From Klebsormidium nitens (Eukaryota > Plantae > Klebsormidiophyceae): 64,000 bases of DNA. Location: contig DF237405.1 of the NCBI GenBank assembly GCA_000708835.1, positions 11,718 to 75,717 on the forward strand. Reading direction: 5' to 3'. Shown here one piece after another: positions 1 through 12,801 of this stretch. The notes beneath the pieces are model-generated. The model ran no database searches. It saw nothing but the letters and a program-made list of their open reading frames with translations, and was not told where the DNA came from. The number at the start of each line of letters is the position of its first letter. Position 1 is the first letter of the stretch. A program made the translations under genes and the position numbers.

Positions 1-90
1 TGACTACGCCAGCTCCTGGAGCTTGCTTCAAGTGGACCGGCTAGCTGTGCTTTGCAACCCGCCTGCTTGCTTAGTGCAGCGTTTCGACTC

Positions 91-120
91 TGTTGCCAGA
101 GCCGGTGTTGCCAGAGCCGG
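91..120. repeat. Perfect 15-bp tandem duplication (tgttgccagagccgg x2), intronic
   Basis: Read directly at 91-105 and 106-120. Confidence 0.9.
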
Positions 121-246
121 CTGAGGTACCCTGTGCTCGCCTTCAGACCATGGCCGCATGTCATGCTAGCACCGTACTTTCCCTCTGCCCCCCCCTGGGA
201 CAGCTGGCCCCTACCTGAGGTGAGTATGTGGGTGTCTGGTGCGCAG

Positions 247-2795
247 GGCGCGTCGGAGCTGGTGGTGGGCGCGCAGAGCAGCAGCGGCGCCACGCTGAGC
301 CTGTATGGGCAGGGCAGCGGCACCGCAGCGGCGCAGGCGCGCGAGCAGGGCAAGCTGCCGCCGCCGGAGGTGAAGTGGGCCAAGTCGCGTGTGCACGCGG
401 ACAAGGGCATCCTCACGCTGCACGGAGCGGCGGCCACAGCGGGGAGCGGGGACGGCACCGCCGTGGTGGCCTCGTGCTCAGAAGGTGAGGGGCCGCGGAG
501 GAGACGAGGGGCAAGCTAGAAAGAGCAGGACAAAGCTGGCATTGGGGACTGCAGTCAGGGGATGGATGAGTGCCAGCTGCACTTATACTCTGCTGATTTA
601 AAATTACAGTTTGGTCGTTTGTTGCTTGTGGAGAGGAGAGTATTAGTAGAGTCCAATCCCTTTGGATTGTGCTCGATTTGAGCCTTCTAGTTGCCCTTTA
701 CTCCGTAGAAAAGTGCAAACTTGTTGTGAACTTTTTGGTGGCATACCAATTGGAGCAATGTGGCAGCAGTTCGAGTGACTCCTTGCAGAAGCCCCTATGG
801 TGATGCAACATGAGGGCCAACCTGGAAACACAGTCTCTGTTTAGAAGAGGAGCAACTGGGTCCAAATTCCAAGCACCGAGCTACTAGTGCCATCATATGG
901 TTACAGAACGTTGGGGCCGACGACGGCCAGCCCTTGCACTTGTGTAGTCTTTGAGGGGCCTGCTGCCAGTCCGCCCATACTGGGCGGAGGCGCTGAACGG
1001 TGCTTGGTGGTGCAGGGACGGACATTGCGCTGTTCCACGTGGCAGACGGCCGCGCCGTGGGCCGCGTGGACACAAGCCAGCTGCAGAACCACATGGCCAG
1101 CCTCTCCCCCGACGGCCGCTTCCTGGCAGCAGCCGCCTTCACCGCCGATGTCAAGGTGCGTGTACGCGCGCATCTTGTGGAGCCAGCACTGAGGGCCACA
1201 AGGGTGCACGCTTTGATGTCTGTACGAAGTCTTTCGTTTGTCGTCTGCTGAGGGTCGTTGGGCGTGTCCCTGGCATAATGGCAGCTCTCTGTCTGCGCAA
1301 GGCCTCTGCCGTATGCAGCCTTGGTGCCGGTCGTGTAGCTGGCGCTGCGGGGGTGTGGCGGAGCTGGTGGTGACAGGGTGTGGCTGCGGGGCTGCGCAGG
1401 TGTGGGAGCTGGTGCTCACCAAGGACGGCGCGGTGCGCGACGTGGCCAAGGTGATGCAGCTCAAGGGACACAAGGTGAGCGCGCACGCCACAGTCCCGCA
1501 CGCACACCAAGAGCTGGCAGAATGGGGCGAAGAGCAGGCCAGCAAGTTGCGTCGACTGCTCAGCCTGTCTTTATGTGGACCATCACTGCGGCTCTGCTGG
1601 CAGCCTCACCGCGTGCTGCTTAATGTAGCGATACCGCAGACTGTCCGAAGCATTTCTTGTTGCATGCAGGGTGCGGTTTATTGGCTGTCGTTCACGGACG
1701 ATTCGAAGCGCATTGTCACGTCGTCCAAGGACGGCACGATCAAAGTATGGAATATTGATGGTGAGGAGGGCGCCCTGAAGTGCGTAGAGGAATCGAAGCA
1801 CTGCTTTGTGGCCAGATATTCAATGATAGACGTGAGACACACGCGGTGACATCTACGAAGACGTGTCCTTTTCTATAGTGGGCGCAGGCCATGCATGGAC
1901 AAGCCCGATCACGGCATTTAAAGTCCCTCACAAAAGCGCCGTCCGAAATCGAGACCGTTCATCATGTGACGCCGTCCAAGATAGCGCTGACGTCCGCTCA
2001 CTTTAAGCTCGGCATCTCCTCATGGTCGACTCTCAAAGACGAGCAATCAGCCGCAATTATCACTGGCTACCGCCTGCTTGGTCCCGGAGATCCGCAGCCG
2101 TTCGGGTGCTCTGACCGTCCGTCCGTTGCTGCTGCAGTGCGGTACCAGCTGGACGAGGACCCCCGCTGCCTGGCCACGTTCCCGTGCGGCCTGCCCGCCG
2201 TGGGCAAGGCGCCGCCCCACTACGACCGGATCGCGGTGGCGCCGGGGGGCGCCCTGCTGGCGGCGGCCGCGGGGCACACGCTGCACTGGCTGGACCTGCG
2301 GACGGGCGCAGTGCTGGAGCGCGCAGAGCACGCACACGAGGGTGAGCCACCGAGGGGGAGCAGGCGTGCACCGGGAACTGGGTGCCAGCAGCGGTGCGAG
2401 CTGCTTGTCGACGGGAGATGCTTGTCCGGGGTTGCCGTTCGTACGGCCTGCTTCCGTCTCACGCCCCTCATTTGTTTTGCTTGTGCAGGGGAGATCAGCT
2501 GCCTGGCATGGGCCCCGCAGCCGCGAGGTAGGCGCGCCTGCTCTGCTGTGATTACTCCTCTCTGATCGAGTCTTGTGTACCACCCTACGGCCGTTAGCTC
2601 ATTGCAAGAAATTGAGAACGTCCTGACGTTGTGCTGATGGACAGGTGTGGGCATGGCCGTTCCATCAACTGTGATACAAAAGTCGTAATGCTTTCTTCGT
2701 TCCTCCATGCAGGAGCTCTAATTCTAGCAACGGGCAGCACTGACAAGAAAGTGAAGCTTTGGAAAGCCCCGCCAGTAGATGGGGAATCGAAGTAG
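247..2795 (+). CDS. TBL2: WD40-repeat protein, transducin beta-like 2 (TBL2) family; 5' part lies upstream of the window
   Basis: Spliced exons at about 247-487, 1018-1156, 1341-1473, 1670-1759, 2140-2341, 2490-2527 and 2713-2795. They give VDTSQLQNHMASLSPDGRFLAAAAFTADVKVWE..QLKGH..SSKDGTIKVWNI..RYQLDEDP..AHEGEISCLAWAP..ATGSTDKKVKLW, the pattern of plant TBL2-like WD40 proteins. Confidence 0.88.
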
Positions 2796-4358
2796 GACAA
2801 ACAGCCCTCCACTTTACTTAGTAGAGGGCAGAGGAATGAAGTTTGAGAGCTGCATATGGTCATGCTTTGCTTTGTTCTAACGATGGGTTTGACCTTATGC
2901 GAATGAAGCAATGAAGCCGAGCACCTAGATTTTCTGATCCAGCCTTGCCAAGTGCTAATACACAATGTTTGAAGGATGCTGCAAATGACTCAAAGAGTAT
3001 CTGTAGTCGCTGTAAGCAAGTTTGGCTAAGTTTTGTATGCTTGTGAGTTGAGTCACGTTGCAATCTCTTGACCTCAGTTGAGCTGGATCTTGTGGTTTAA
3101 ATGGGCACGCCGCATTCAACGTCACCTATCTCTAATTGAATAGCAATTTGACCTAGTTCAGTCGAGTTCTAGCTGTAGGCCTTGCTAGGCATGTAATGCA
3201 AGCTAGCTGTGCAATTGACTAGCATGATGATGCAAGCACATACTGGTCATAGTAATGGTTTTTTGCGATGCTGTAGCGCTACTGCAGCGCGGCCTGCCAT
3301 TTTCTTAGTTCTCATGTGTTTGTTTGGAACACGATATTTTTAGCGGATCTGTTCCTCATGCGGCCAATGATCAGCGACAGATTCGATCGACTGTGTTGCA
3401 CACACATATTCGACGCAACTGAGCTACAGTAGGCTAGGCATGACATATTGCTCTTGTGCTCAGTAGGCAACATGACGCTGTTGTTCAGGTTTATCACAGT
3501 TCTATCGGATCTACACATATCATTCTATATCTACCATTCACATTTCGAAAAGATCATTGTTTTTCCTTTCATGGCAGTTCCGTTCGCCTGACTTGCGCAT
3601 ACAAGAATGCGACGGAAGATCTATTTTGGCGAGAAGTATTTTGGCACTTTCAAACAGTAGGTTCTCTCTCCATTGAAAGCTCCACAAGGCAATGTTTCCA
3701 ATCGACCTCATTATTGGCTGAGGACGTGCCTTGCGCATTCGCTTACATGCTAGCTTGTAAGCGTCTTCAAGTTGCTAAGTTGCCTTGCTAGGTCAGCAAC
3801 TTAAGCATGCCCGCATTCGAAGACATTCGACACAAGTTCATCGGACCGCCAAGATTGACGCTTCACATTCCGATCGACGGATCGAAAAGTTTCACTCGTC
3901 ACATCTTGACAGGTGATTGCAGCCTTCGATTGGCGAATCGACGGCGCTGCGTGACTACGCGAGTGATTTACGGTGACTCGTCCGATCGGACCGGACCCGG
4001 CGCCTCGGTTGGCGTCTAGTTGCAGTCAACGGCGTCAACTTACGTAGCATTTTTCCAATCAAATAGGGCGATACGAATGCAGGCAGCAGGCGCCTTTGGC
4101 AATCGAGCCGACGTAAGGAACTGTTATGGTGACAAAGAAGTGCCGCTACCACACGACGTTATGTCTCTGATCCTCGGCAACCGGTGAGGTATCGTTGGGG
4201 AGCACATCAGGTCATGGCACATATAGAAGCCGTGAGTGGGATCGAAAGGGCTAGCATCCCGCTAGCATCAGCACGACAAGCCCTGCTTCTTTAACGCCGG
4301 TATCATTCTGAGTGGTGCTTTCTGTCTCGAAGGGTCGAGCACTTGTTTCAGATGAAAG

Positions 4359-5804
4359 ATGTCGAGCAAGGTTGACTATAGTCGGGGACGCCCCTTCTCT
4401 CGGCCAGTCCTCATGTCGCGCTGCCTCCTGGTGTGCCAGCTGGGCCTGCTCTTCGCGGCCCTCTCCGCCGTGCAGGCCGTCCACGACACCGTGCAAGAAT
4501 GGGTGGCCCTCGCACTGGGCGGGCAGCCCCTGCGCCGGGCCGCGGGCCTGGCCGTACTAGTGTCTGAGGCTCTCGCAGGCCGCTTCAGCGGCAGCCCCGC
4601 CGCGAGCGTGGCGGGGTCGGCCGCGGCAGAGGGGGGCATGCGCGTGCTGCTGGTGCAGGTGGCCTCCCAGCTAGCGGGGCCGGCCGCGGTTTGGCTGCTG
4701 GCGTGCGCCCTGCTCGCACTGCAGCTGCGCACAACAGGGCTGCCACGCACCGCCTTCTCCGCTGGCCCAAGGAAGGCCCGAGCTGATGGGCTCTTAACAA
4801 CATCAAACTTCGACTGTGTTGTCCGCCCCAGAGCAACCGTTGAACCTGCTGACGATTGTTTGAGTCTGGCGAGCGGGCAGGGAAAGGAGCAGTCCACCGG
4901 TACTCTTGCAATGGAGAAGAGTAGGCCTGAAGCTCGACTGCACAGATTGATTCACGGGACGACCAGACAAGAATGGAACATTTGTAACACGTTTGGCGAC
5001 GGTTTGTCGAGCCCGTCCAGCTACGACCTAGGGGAGGTGCTCGACGAAACGTCCAAGTCTGGAGTGGGCGATGCGGGGGATACTGCTGTCCCATGCCCTG
5101 CGGTGCGCCCGCCCTTCCACACCCGCTCCAACGCAAGGGCCATCCGTGCGGCGGCCCGCCTCCTGGTGCATGTGCTGGGGCGAATGCAGCCCGCGGACGT
5201 GCTCCTGCCGTACCGTCCGCTGCGCTGTGCGCGCCTCCTCCTGGGTGTCCCGCTGGCGGCATCGGCGGGCCAGCTGGCGTGGGTGGCCGTGTCGGGCAGC
5301 GTGGTGTGCGCGGCGCTGGGCCTGCTGCCGCTGTACCCGGGGGCGGACGGCGGCCGCCTGCTGTGCGCCGTGCTGGGCAGCCCCCCCGCGTATTGGGCGG
5401 GGCTGGCCGTACCGTGCAGCAGAGTGGAGCACGCGCAGCGGTTGTGGGCAGGTGCTGCAGTGACACTGCTGACGTTGTGGGACGTGGCGCAGCTGGGGGC
5501 CGAGGCCTGGGCCAGGCCGCCCTGGTTGTGCCACAAGCGGAGGCGACCCTGCGAGCCCGCTGTCGACTTCCCGGAGCCTGGCTCGTCAGGTGTGGGCGAG
5601 GAGAGTGCGGGGCGGTGGCGAGCGCCCCGGTGTGCATGCGGGGCCCCCATGGTGTTGCGGTCCGTGTGCCACCGGAAGGGAACCGGCGCATGCCAATACG
5701 ATGGGGGCACCAGCAGGCGGGCGGATGTTGGCAGCGCCTCGACGTACTTCCTGAGGAGGGCGGGGCCAGGCGCAGAGTGTTGGCAACAGCGTCCGTGCTC
5801 ATAG
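4359..5804 (+). CDS. Intronless multi-pass membrane protein resembling peptidase M50 (site-2 protease) with degenerate zinc motifs
   Basis: 481-aa uninterrupted ORF with hydrophobic segments. AVHDTVQEWVALALGG sits at the HExxH position, QLAGPAAVWLLA matches the AGP motif, and LGLLPLYPGADGGRLL matches the NxxPxxxLDG motif. Confidence 0.6.
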   Translation: MSSKVDYSRGRPFSRPVLMSRCLLVCQLGLLFAALSAVQAVHDTVQEWVALALGGQPLRRAAGLAVLVSEALAGRFSGSPAASVAGSAAAEGGMRVLLVQVASQLAGPAAVWLLACALLALQLRTTGLPRTAFSAGPRKARADGLLTTSNFDCVVRPRATVEPADDCLSLASGQGKEQSTGTLAMEKSRPEARLHRLIHGTTRQEWNICNTFGDGLSSPSSYDLGEVLDETSKSGVGDAGDTAVPCPAVRPPFHTRSNARAIRAAARLLVHVLGRMQPADVLLPYRPLRCARLLLGVPLAASAGQLAWVAVSGSVVCAALGLLPLYPGADGGRLLCAVLGSPPAYWAGLAVPCSRVEHAQRLWAGAAVTLLTLWDVAQLGAEAWARPPWLCHKRRRPCEPAVDFPEPGSSGVGEESAGRWRAPRCACGAPMVLRSVCHRKGTGACQYDGGTSRRADVGSASTYFLRRAGPGAECWQQRPCS

Positions 5805-6930
5805 GCAGGAGGCTGCGGCCATTGGTTGGAAATCTTGGAGTAGTTGTTAAAGCCCTTTGAGCATGCTGCAGTCGAATAAGGAAGCCAAACGGTCGAAGTC
5901 TCTACGACCCCCTCAGATTGGTTAGTTGTCTGCACGTCGTCGAAGTTCGAAAGAAAGGCGCGATCTTCTCTACATTTGAGCCTCTCGCACGAGTACTCTA
6001 CAAAACAATGCGCAAAAGAAGGGTAATGTCTGGGCCTCGTTGGACAGTCTGCGCAGATACCAGACCAAATGCGGTTTGCAATGAGTGCATGACTGCTACC
6101 AAAAGCGGACTGTCCTTGCTCGCTCGCCATATAGCAACACGACGCTGCAGGCGCAAGTCATTCACCTATTCTGTAATTCAAAAGCGCACGTACTCAGTGG
6201 GTTATTGATGCATTGGCATGCCTGATCCCGTATCCATGAAAATGTCTGTCCGATTACCAGTATAGTATAGGTACAAGAGATAGATGGGTGCTGGTGCCGC
6301 TCCTATTTCGTTTCTGGTTACCGGGAGCAACGTCGTTCTGGAAGGTCTTCAAATTGCATGATCGATGTGGTTAAGAAGCATGTGCAAACTTATCTCACAG
6401 TGGAGATGAGAATGAAGCAATCCAAACAAAAAGTTTATAGTGGAAAGCTATGACCAAAACGCGCGGCATAGGGACAGTGGTCAACATTTCGAGCCAAATA
6501 TCATAGTCGACCTCCAAGAGCGAAGCTGCAGTCAGCAAGTTGCTCATGGACTCGACATTCAAGCCATTCAACGTCAGCATGTGCCTCGCGGTTGTGGTAA
6601 AAAATGGTCTTAGTTCGCTTACAACCTGTCAATTGTAGACTATCTGAACAGAACACCTCTGCGTGCCACGTCGATCAACAATTTCATGTGCCAGAACTCT
6701 GATAGCAGACCAATCCTGTCGTACTGCAGGCGCTGATTTGTTTGACGAGGTACAGTAGCTGTGCTCTCATCAGACCACCTAACCAGACACGAAGACAAGA
6801 TATGCAGCCTCAGTGCCGACTACATCAACGTCGCAGGCACTCCCATCTGGACCCCAAGCCCAGGGGTGACGCGTTCCTTATTCACGGGCAATCGGCCCTT
6901 CGCATGCGGGAGGGCCTTCCTGGCCGGCGG

Positions 6931-9900
6931 TCATAAGGGCCGGGTGTCCATGGGATAGCTGCCCAGAACCCGCAGAAAAGGGGCGATCTCCTGCACAGCC
7001 GTGAGGTCCATTGTCGTCAGCTTGCGTTACGCGTGAGCAGGGACGACAGCCACCTACGGACCAGCCGGCAGAGAGTGCTCCGACAGTTTCGCACCAAGGA
7101 CGGGTTTGCCAGAGGTCCCTGCTGCCTCAGCCTGCAGGCCTGCCCTGCTGCATGCTGAGTCTGCTGTCTGGTCCGGCGGAGTGCTCACCTGGAGGTGGCG
7201 CAGCGCATTCTGGGCCCGCTCCTCGGCCATGCTGGCCATGAAGTCGATGTAGAACAGGAACTGAAACGCCCTGCACCGCAAGCACGCACGGCCGCTGTCA
7301 GCCATACGACTGACAGAATCTCAGCAACTGACGGGAAAGACGAAGTGTCAAAAACGTGCATGCGGGAGCTGGCGGGGATAGTCAGCGTCGGCTAACAAAA
7401 GAGGCCAGTGTGGTTGGGAGGGGGGCCTTACTTGGTGGAGGTCTGGTTGCGGAGGTCCTGCACGACCTGGAGGGGCTTGGCGCGCTGCGGCCGACTCTCA
7501 ATCTGCATGCGAAACCCCGTGTGCAGTTCAGGCACAGCATCACGCGACGAGTAGACAACAAGCGCAGCTGCAGACATCAGGCAGCAGGTTCAGGGCCTAC
7601 GACAGGCGGCCCGGTCGTCGACTGTGACGGCCGGGCCACAGTGCGGGCTGCGCGCTGACCTTGGTGAGGTTGATGTCGCGCAGCGAGAAGACGGCCAGCG
7701 CCTTGAAGAGGGCGCCCGGGGCCTCCTCCAAGGTGAACACGATGCTCGTCTGTCAAGCAGGCACGCCACAACAAACAGGCGTCAGCCGCAGGGAAATTAC
7801 GAGAAGAAGGGCAAGGCAGGCGAACGCACGTGGGACTGTTCCGCTGCCAGACACGGGCACAAGGGTCTCGCCCTGCTGAGCGACATGATACTTTCTACGA
7901 CGATGAATGGACTGCTAACATCGATCCTACGATCGCTGGGTCTTCAAAAGGAGAGAGGAGCAGGATATGAGGTTGTGCAGTTGCGGCGTGGTTAGGCCGC
8001 AGCGGTGGTGGGCAGTACCTTGTAGGGCACGCCCAGGCGCGGGATGTGCTGGTCGCGGGCCAGCATGAGGAAGCGAGTCACGTTGTCGGCCTCGTCCTGC
8101 ACAGGCCACCGCAGGGAGGGCGGTCAGCAGCCGGGCGATTCGTGAAACAGGAAGCAGAAGGCTCCCGTCTTGACGAGTAGCGGCAACTCCGAGCTGGGCC
8201 GTCCGCCACCGGGTGGAAGCGACATACGAAGCAGCACGTATCCACTCTGAAACATTCCGTTGAGGCCTGAAGCATTAGTGGGGTCTAGATCTGAGCAGGT
8301 TCGAGTGATAAGCGGATTGTATGCCTTCAAGGATGACGAAAGAAGTATGTCTCAGCCGATTCGATTATATTTTCGTACAGCTGCAAATCAAAGATCGACC
8401 AGCGGCGGAGACTGGCAGAGTCGTCGCTGTGTGTACGCAGGAGGCCGTGTATGCCTGCCTTACCTGGACCCCCTCTGCCAATACGTCCAACCCGTATATT
8501 TCGCCCGCACGCCGGCTGGCAATCGCCCCCGCGTCGGTCCACCCCTCCTGGGCGATCAGCTGCACGCGCCAAGCACACGGAGTCAGGCATACCTCGGAAG
8601 TCGAGACAGCCGTCCTCCCTATGAGCAGGGGGCCTCCTGTGTGATGTTGTGAGAGCGATGCCTGGACGGCCCCTGCCAGGAGGGCGGAGCTGCAACCTGT
8701 TACCTGGAGAAGCATCCTTCACCGCCCTGCCCTAATTGCCGGCGAACTGTCGGCAATTGTCTTGCAAGAGCACCTTGTGGTTGTCCCTCACCTGCGCAGA
8801 GCCTGCGGTGTCGGCTGCGGCCTCCCTGATGACCCCCAGCGCGGACAGGTAGCCCTCCGTCTGGGCGAGGGCCTGCGGGTGGCTGAGCACGCGCTTGAGG
8901 TCCTCCTTGCGCACGCCCGGCAGCGCCAGCAGGCAGTGGTTCACCGGGAAGTTGACCTGCGCACAACGCCGCCATCGCCACATCAACCAGTGCACCGCCA
9001 CACCAGCAAGGGAGCCTTACTTATTGACGAGCTACATTGTCGAAAGTTACTTAAGAAGCAGGACGTTGCACCCAAGCTCAATCTGAGTGATTTGTTCGAA
9101 TTCTTTGGCTTGACAGATGCCCTGAGAGAAGTGACAGTGCACCACCTTCCAATCAATCTCCGCCCTATGAAAAGCGCCTGTTTCCGAGGAACTCGCCCGG
9201 AGTGTGCAAGTTCATGCGTTGCTCACGACCAGCCTTGACCCGCAGCCAGTGATTGCGGGCTACTAAACCAGAGGCTGCCCCCCAAAAAGCAGACATGTGA
9301 TCATTGAATTAGGATCTGCCGGCCAGTGGCCAGACGGGGCGGCAGGCGCTGCGCTGCTTGCCTCGCCCACAATGTAGAGGCGGTGGCGCATGAGCAGGTC
9401 GTAGTTGCGGTGGATGCTCCCCCCCAGGGAGTTCTCAATGGGCAGCACCGCGCGGTCCACCAGCCACAGCTCCACCGCCTGCAAGCCACGTGGCGGCAGA
9501 AGACCGTCACAGGGGCCAACAGCAAAGATCTATCGGCAAACAAGACACTTCTCCATCTCCCAATGCGAAAATGTCTCAAATGCCAGCATGGGAACGTGAG
9601 GAGGCCTATAGCAGGGCCAGGCGCTGGGGGACAGAGCAGGCAGCCCGGTGGTGGCGCACCTGAAAGGCGGCATCAAACTGCTCACACGGCACCGCTTCGC
9701 ACCCGGGGAAGGCATCATATGCAGCTGCCTCGCTGTAAGCCCCCGCGGCACCCTGGACAAGAAACCAGGTTGAGGATAAGCAGACGCAAGGACAGGGAGA
9801 GCAATGCAGGGAGGCGTGCAAGAGCCCTTCAACAAGATGGTCCGTTCCTTATGAGATACCTGTGCGACTTCGTACCTCTCAGGCTCGCAAGCGGCACAAC

Positions 9901-10669
9901 ACAACGTAAGCCCACTCTCATGGCAGGGGCACCCACTCTCATCAACAGCTGGATCAGCACGAAGTCAAGCACGACCATACCTGGTACGCCACCCGCAATT
10001 GCCCCGTCCTGTTGATGTTGCTTTGATTGGTGGACAGAGGTTCTGGAGACGTCCCAGCAACACAGCGACAGAGAGCTGTCAGTGGCAGGGCCCATCGGAG
10101 GAGGCAGCCAGCTGCGGCACCAACAGTGGCGCAAAGATGGACGAGACATAGATCTGGCAGCACTGGCCTAGCTCATCATGCCGCACCTCGGTTCGCTTTT
10201 CAAATCATGTGGAAGCAGACAATCACGTCACAACGCTGCTTATGCGCCCTCAGCGTGGTGCAGTTAGATACGACTCACTGGGCAGGTGGGCGGGCGTCTG
10301 CAGGCGCTGGTCTTCAGGTCCCCCGGCACCCTTTTCTAGTGCATCCTGACTGACACTTGCTGGCTGCGCCTCTTCCCCGCCACTTGTGCTTGCAACACTC
10401 CTGCTCCGCAGCGTATCTTTCCTACCATCCAAGTCCTCATTGCCCTGATACCGCCATTGCCATGCTTGGATGGATTCCATGCTCAATTGTCTGGGCTGGA
10501 CCGCGGTGGCAGCTCTCGGAGGGGTCATCCGCTGCCGTGCAAGCTTCCACTCAGTGGCCGCTGACTTGCTTGATGATCCCAACGGCCTTTCTGCGAAACT
10601 ATCCCGGAATGGACTGGAGAAGACGAACGATGATGGACACAACTCCGCTGAAATGCAGGCGGCCTCCAT
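6931..10669 (-). CDS. ADT: Arogenate/prephenate dehydratase with N-terminal plastid transit peptide
   Basis: Multi-exon gene giving [98 protein letters not shown] and [20 protein letters not shown] (PDT plus ACT domain). Confidence 0.96.
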
Positions 10670-11254
10670 GAAGAAGCTCCTCTGAATACTTGACTCGACT
10701 CAAAAGAAGAAATAAAAAGAACCAGTTCTCTTCAAACATTTCCAAAGCCAGCCCGGCCATGCATTGCGCTAATTCAATGCAAGGCTGCGCATGCTGCTGT
10801 TCCCGGTTGTCTCTAACCGGGCAGAATACTGCCCCAGTGGGTGCTGGAAGCCTGCCCCGGTCGCTGCTAAGACATACCGGTACACGATCATGCAGCTTGC
10901 AAGACAGCATTCCACCGAAGTCCCACCTGGCCACCTCACCACAGCCCTGACGCAGCGCAAGCAACCAGTCTGAGTTGGCAAGCTGCTACACAAGCCTGCT
11001 TGCGCCACTGAATTTTAGCCCTACCTCCGCAAGGCGCTTCCCTGAGTATCCTGCTGCCTCTTGGGAGAGGTTGTTTTGTAAGTGCACTGCCACAGGCAAG
11101 GTTTATTCCTGGCGGCAGCTTCAGGCGAGCTCGTTGTTAGAGAGCTCTTGCAGGGGCAGCTGGGGCTGATTCATTGTTGAGCAACTCAGGCGGACTGGTG
11201 TTTGGTTGCTCATTGTGGTGGCTTTTCTGAGTGGGAGCAGCTTTGGAAGGCGCC

Positions 11255-12801
11255 ATGTCAAGTCCAAGTAAACGGAGGGAAATGGACGTCATGAAGCTGT
11301 GAGTTAAGACTCTGAAAGCTGCGGCAGAACGTCATGAGGGTTTTGCACCCTGTATTCCACTTGATTTGAATGTGATTGTGCTCGTTCTCTTGCTCTGAAG
11401 GACGTCCTTCATTTCCCTTTCCAATAAGCCTTTGTGCCTGTCTTCAGCATGATGAGCGACTACAAGGTGGAAATGATCAACGATGGTATGAGCGAGTTCT
11501 TTGTCGAGTTCCTTGGGCCAAAGGAGAGTGAGTACAATGCCCCACTTCACAATATGTCCTCCACTCTAGCTCGCGTCTCCTTCTGTCGCTTTCCTCAACA
11601 TTGGCTTGTCCCCTTAAGAGCAACTGCTTGTGCTGCAGTGCTGCCGCTGTCTCTGACCAGTCCTCCAGTAGCCAAGCGGTGCTGCTCCTCTAACCCTGTA
11701 GATTTACTTGTTTTGTGCACCTTCTGCCCAATCTCAAGCTGAAGCCCTCGCTTGCACATGTTGGCAGGCCCGTACGAGGGAGGAGTCTGGAAGATACACG
11801 TGGAGCTGCCTGATGCATACCCTTACAAGTCACCATCGATTGGATTTATCAACCGGATATTCCATCCAAACGTTGACGAATTGTGAGCAACTCTGCTTGA
11901 GCTTTCTTTCGAACATTCTTCCCAGTTTATAGCATCTTCCTTGGGCAGTACTCTCTGAAGGAGGATACAGCATTGCTTGATGTTTGCAGTTTGCTTCTGA
12001 AGGGCTAGCAGGGACTCTTAGAGCATTAGTGCTGTGCGCCCCCCTGAGTTCTCTCGTCCAGATTGTGGAGCCTGTGCCATGCTCGAGTCTGCTTCTGAAG
12101 GGCTTTTCCTGCAGGTCGGGCTCGGTGTGCCTTGACGTCATCAACCAGCGGTGGAGCCCCATGTTTGGTGAGTGTCCCCAGACGAGCCCCCCAGATGCCT
12201 TACCAAAAGAGTCATGTAAGTGTGAATCATGCTTCGGGCTGCTGACTTCTGTTCAGCTCTCAAGTTTGTGCACCTAGGATACAAGCCCAGCAGTCATAGT
12301 TGTGGAAGGTCAATGGAAACTGGCGCTGACATAGTGTGTGTGTGCCTCGTGCAGACCTGATCAACGTGTTTGAGGTGTTCCTGCCTCAGCTCCTCCTGTA
12401 CCCCAACCCCACGGACCCGCTCAACGGGGAAGCTGCGGCGCTGTTGATGCGGGAGCCAGACCTGTACAAGAGCAAAGTCAAGGGTGCGCACACATGGGCC
12501 CTGGGCCTGCGGTCTGGCTTTTGCTCAGTCAAACAGCCTGGGTTGTTGCAGTGTCTGAAGATATTTCCTTTACTGACTTAAGAAGTGTGCTTGCAGATTG
12601 CGGGTTCTGTAGTTTTGCTTGTGCTGTGACGGTCATTGTTGAACGTGCTGCCCCTCTCTCTATTTTGCAGAATATTGCCAACGTTTTGCCAAGCCCGAGG
12701 ACCTTGGCAACAAACCGGAACCGGAGAGTGAGGATGAGAGCGAGGATGATCTCAGCGACATGAGTGACGATGACGAGATGGCGGGGCATGCGGATCCCTA
12801 G
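11255..12801 (+). CDS. UBC4: Ubiquitin-conjugating enzyme E2, plant UBC4/5/6 group (UBE2H/Ubc8 type), with acidic tail
   Basis: Six exons: [15 protein letters not shown] / [14 protein letters not shown] / [33 protein letters not shown] / [17 protein letters not shown] / [19 protein letters not shown] / acidic C-terminus ending HADP*. The catalytic Cys is present. Confidence 0.96.

Noticed and set aside
147-219. Apparent extra exon in the TBL2 intron (cag...gtgagt)
   Set aside because: Using it would leave a 27-nt intron before the real acceptor at 246, which is too short, and it adds no WD40-like sequence.
4585-6130. Long antisense ORFs (405 aa and 369 aa) opposite the M50-like gene
   Set aside because: Pro/Arg/Ala-rich, motif-free translations typical of stop-poor GC-rich shadows of a real coding strand.
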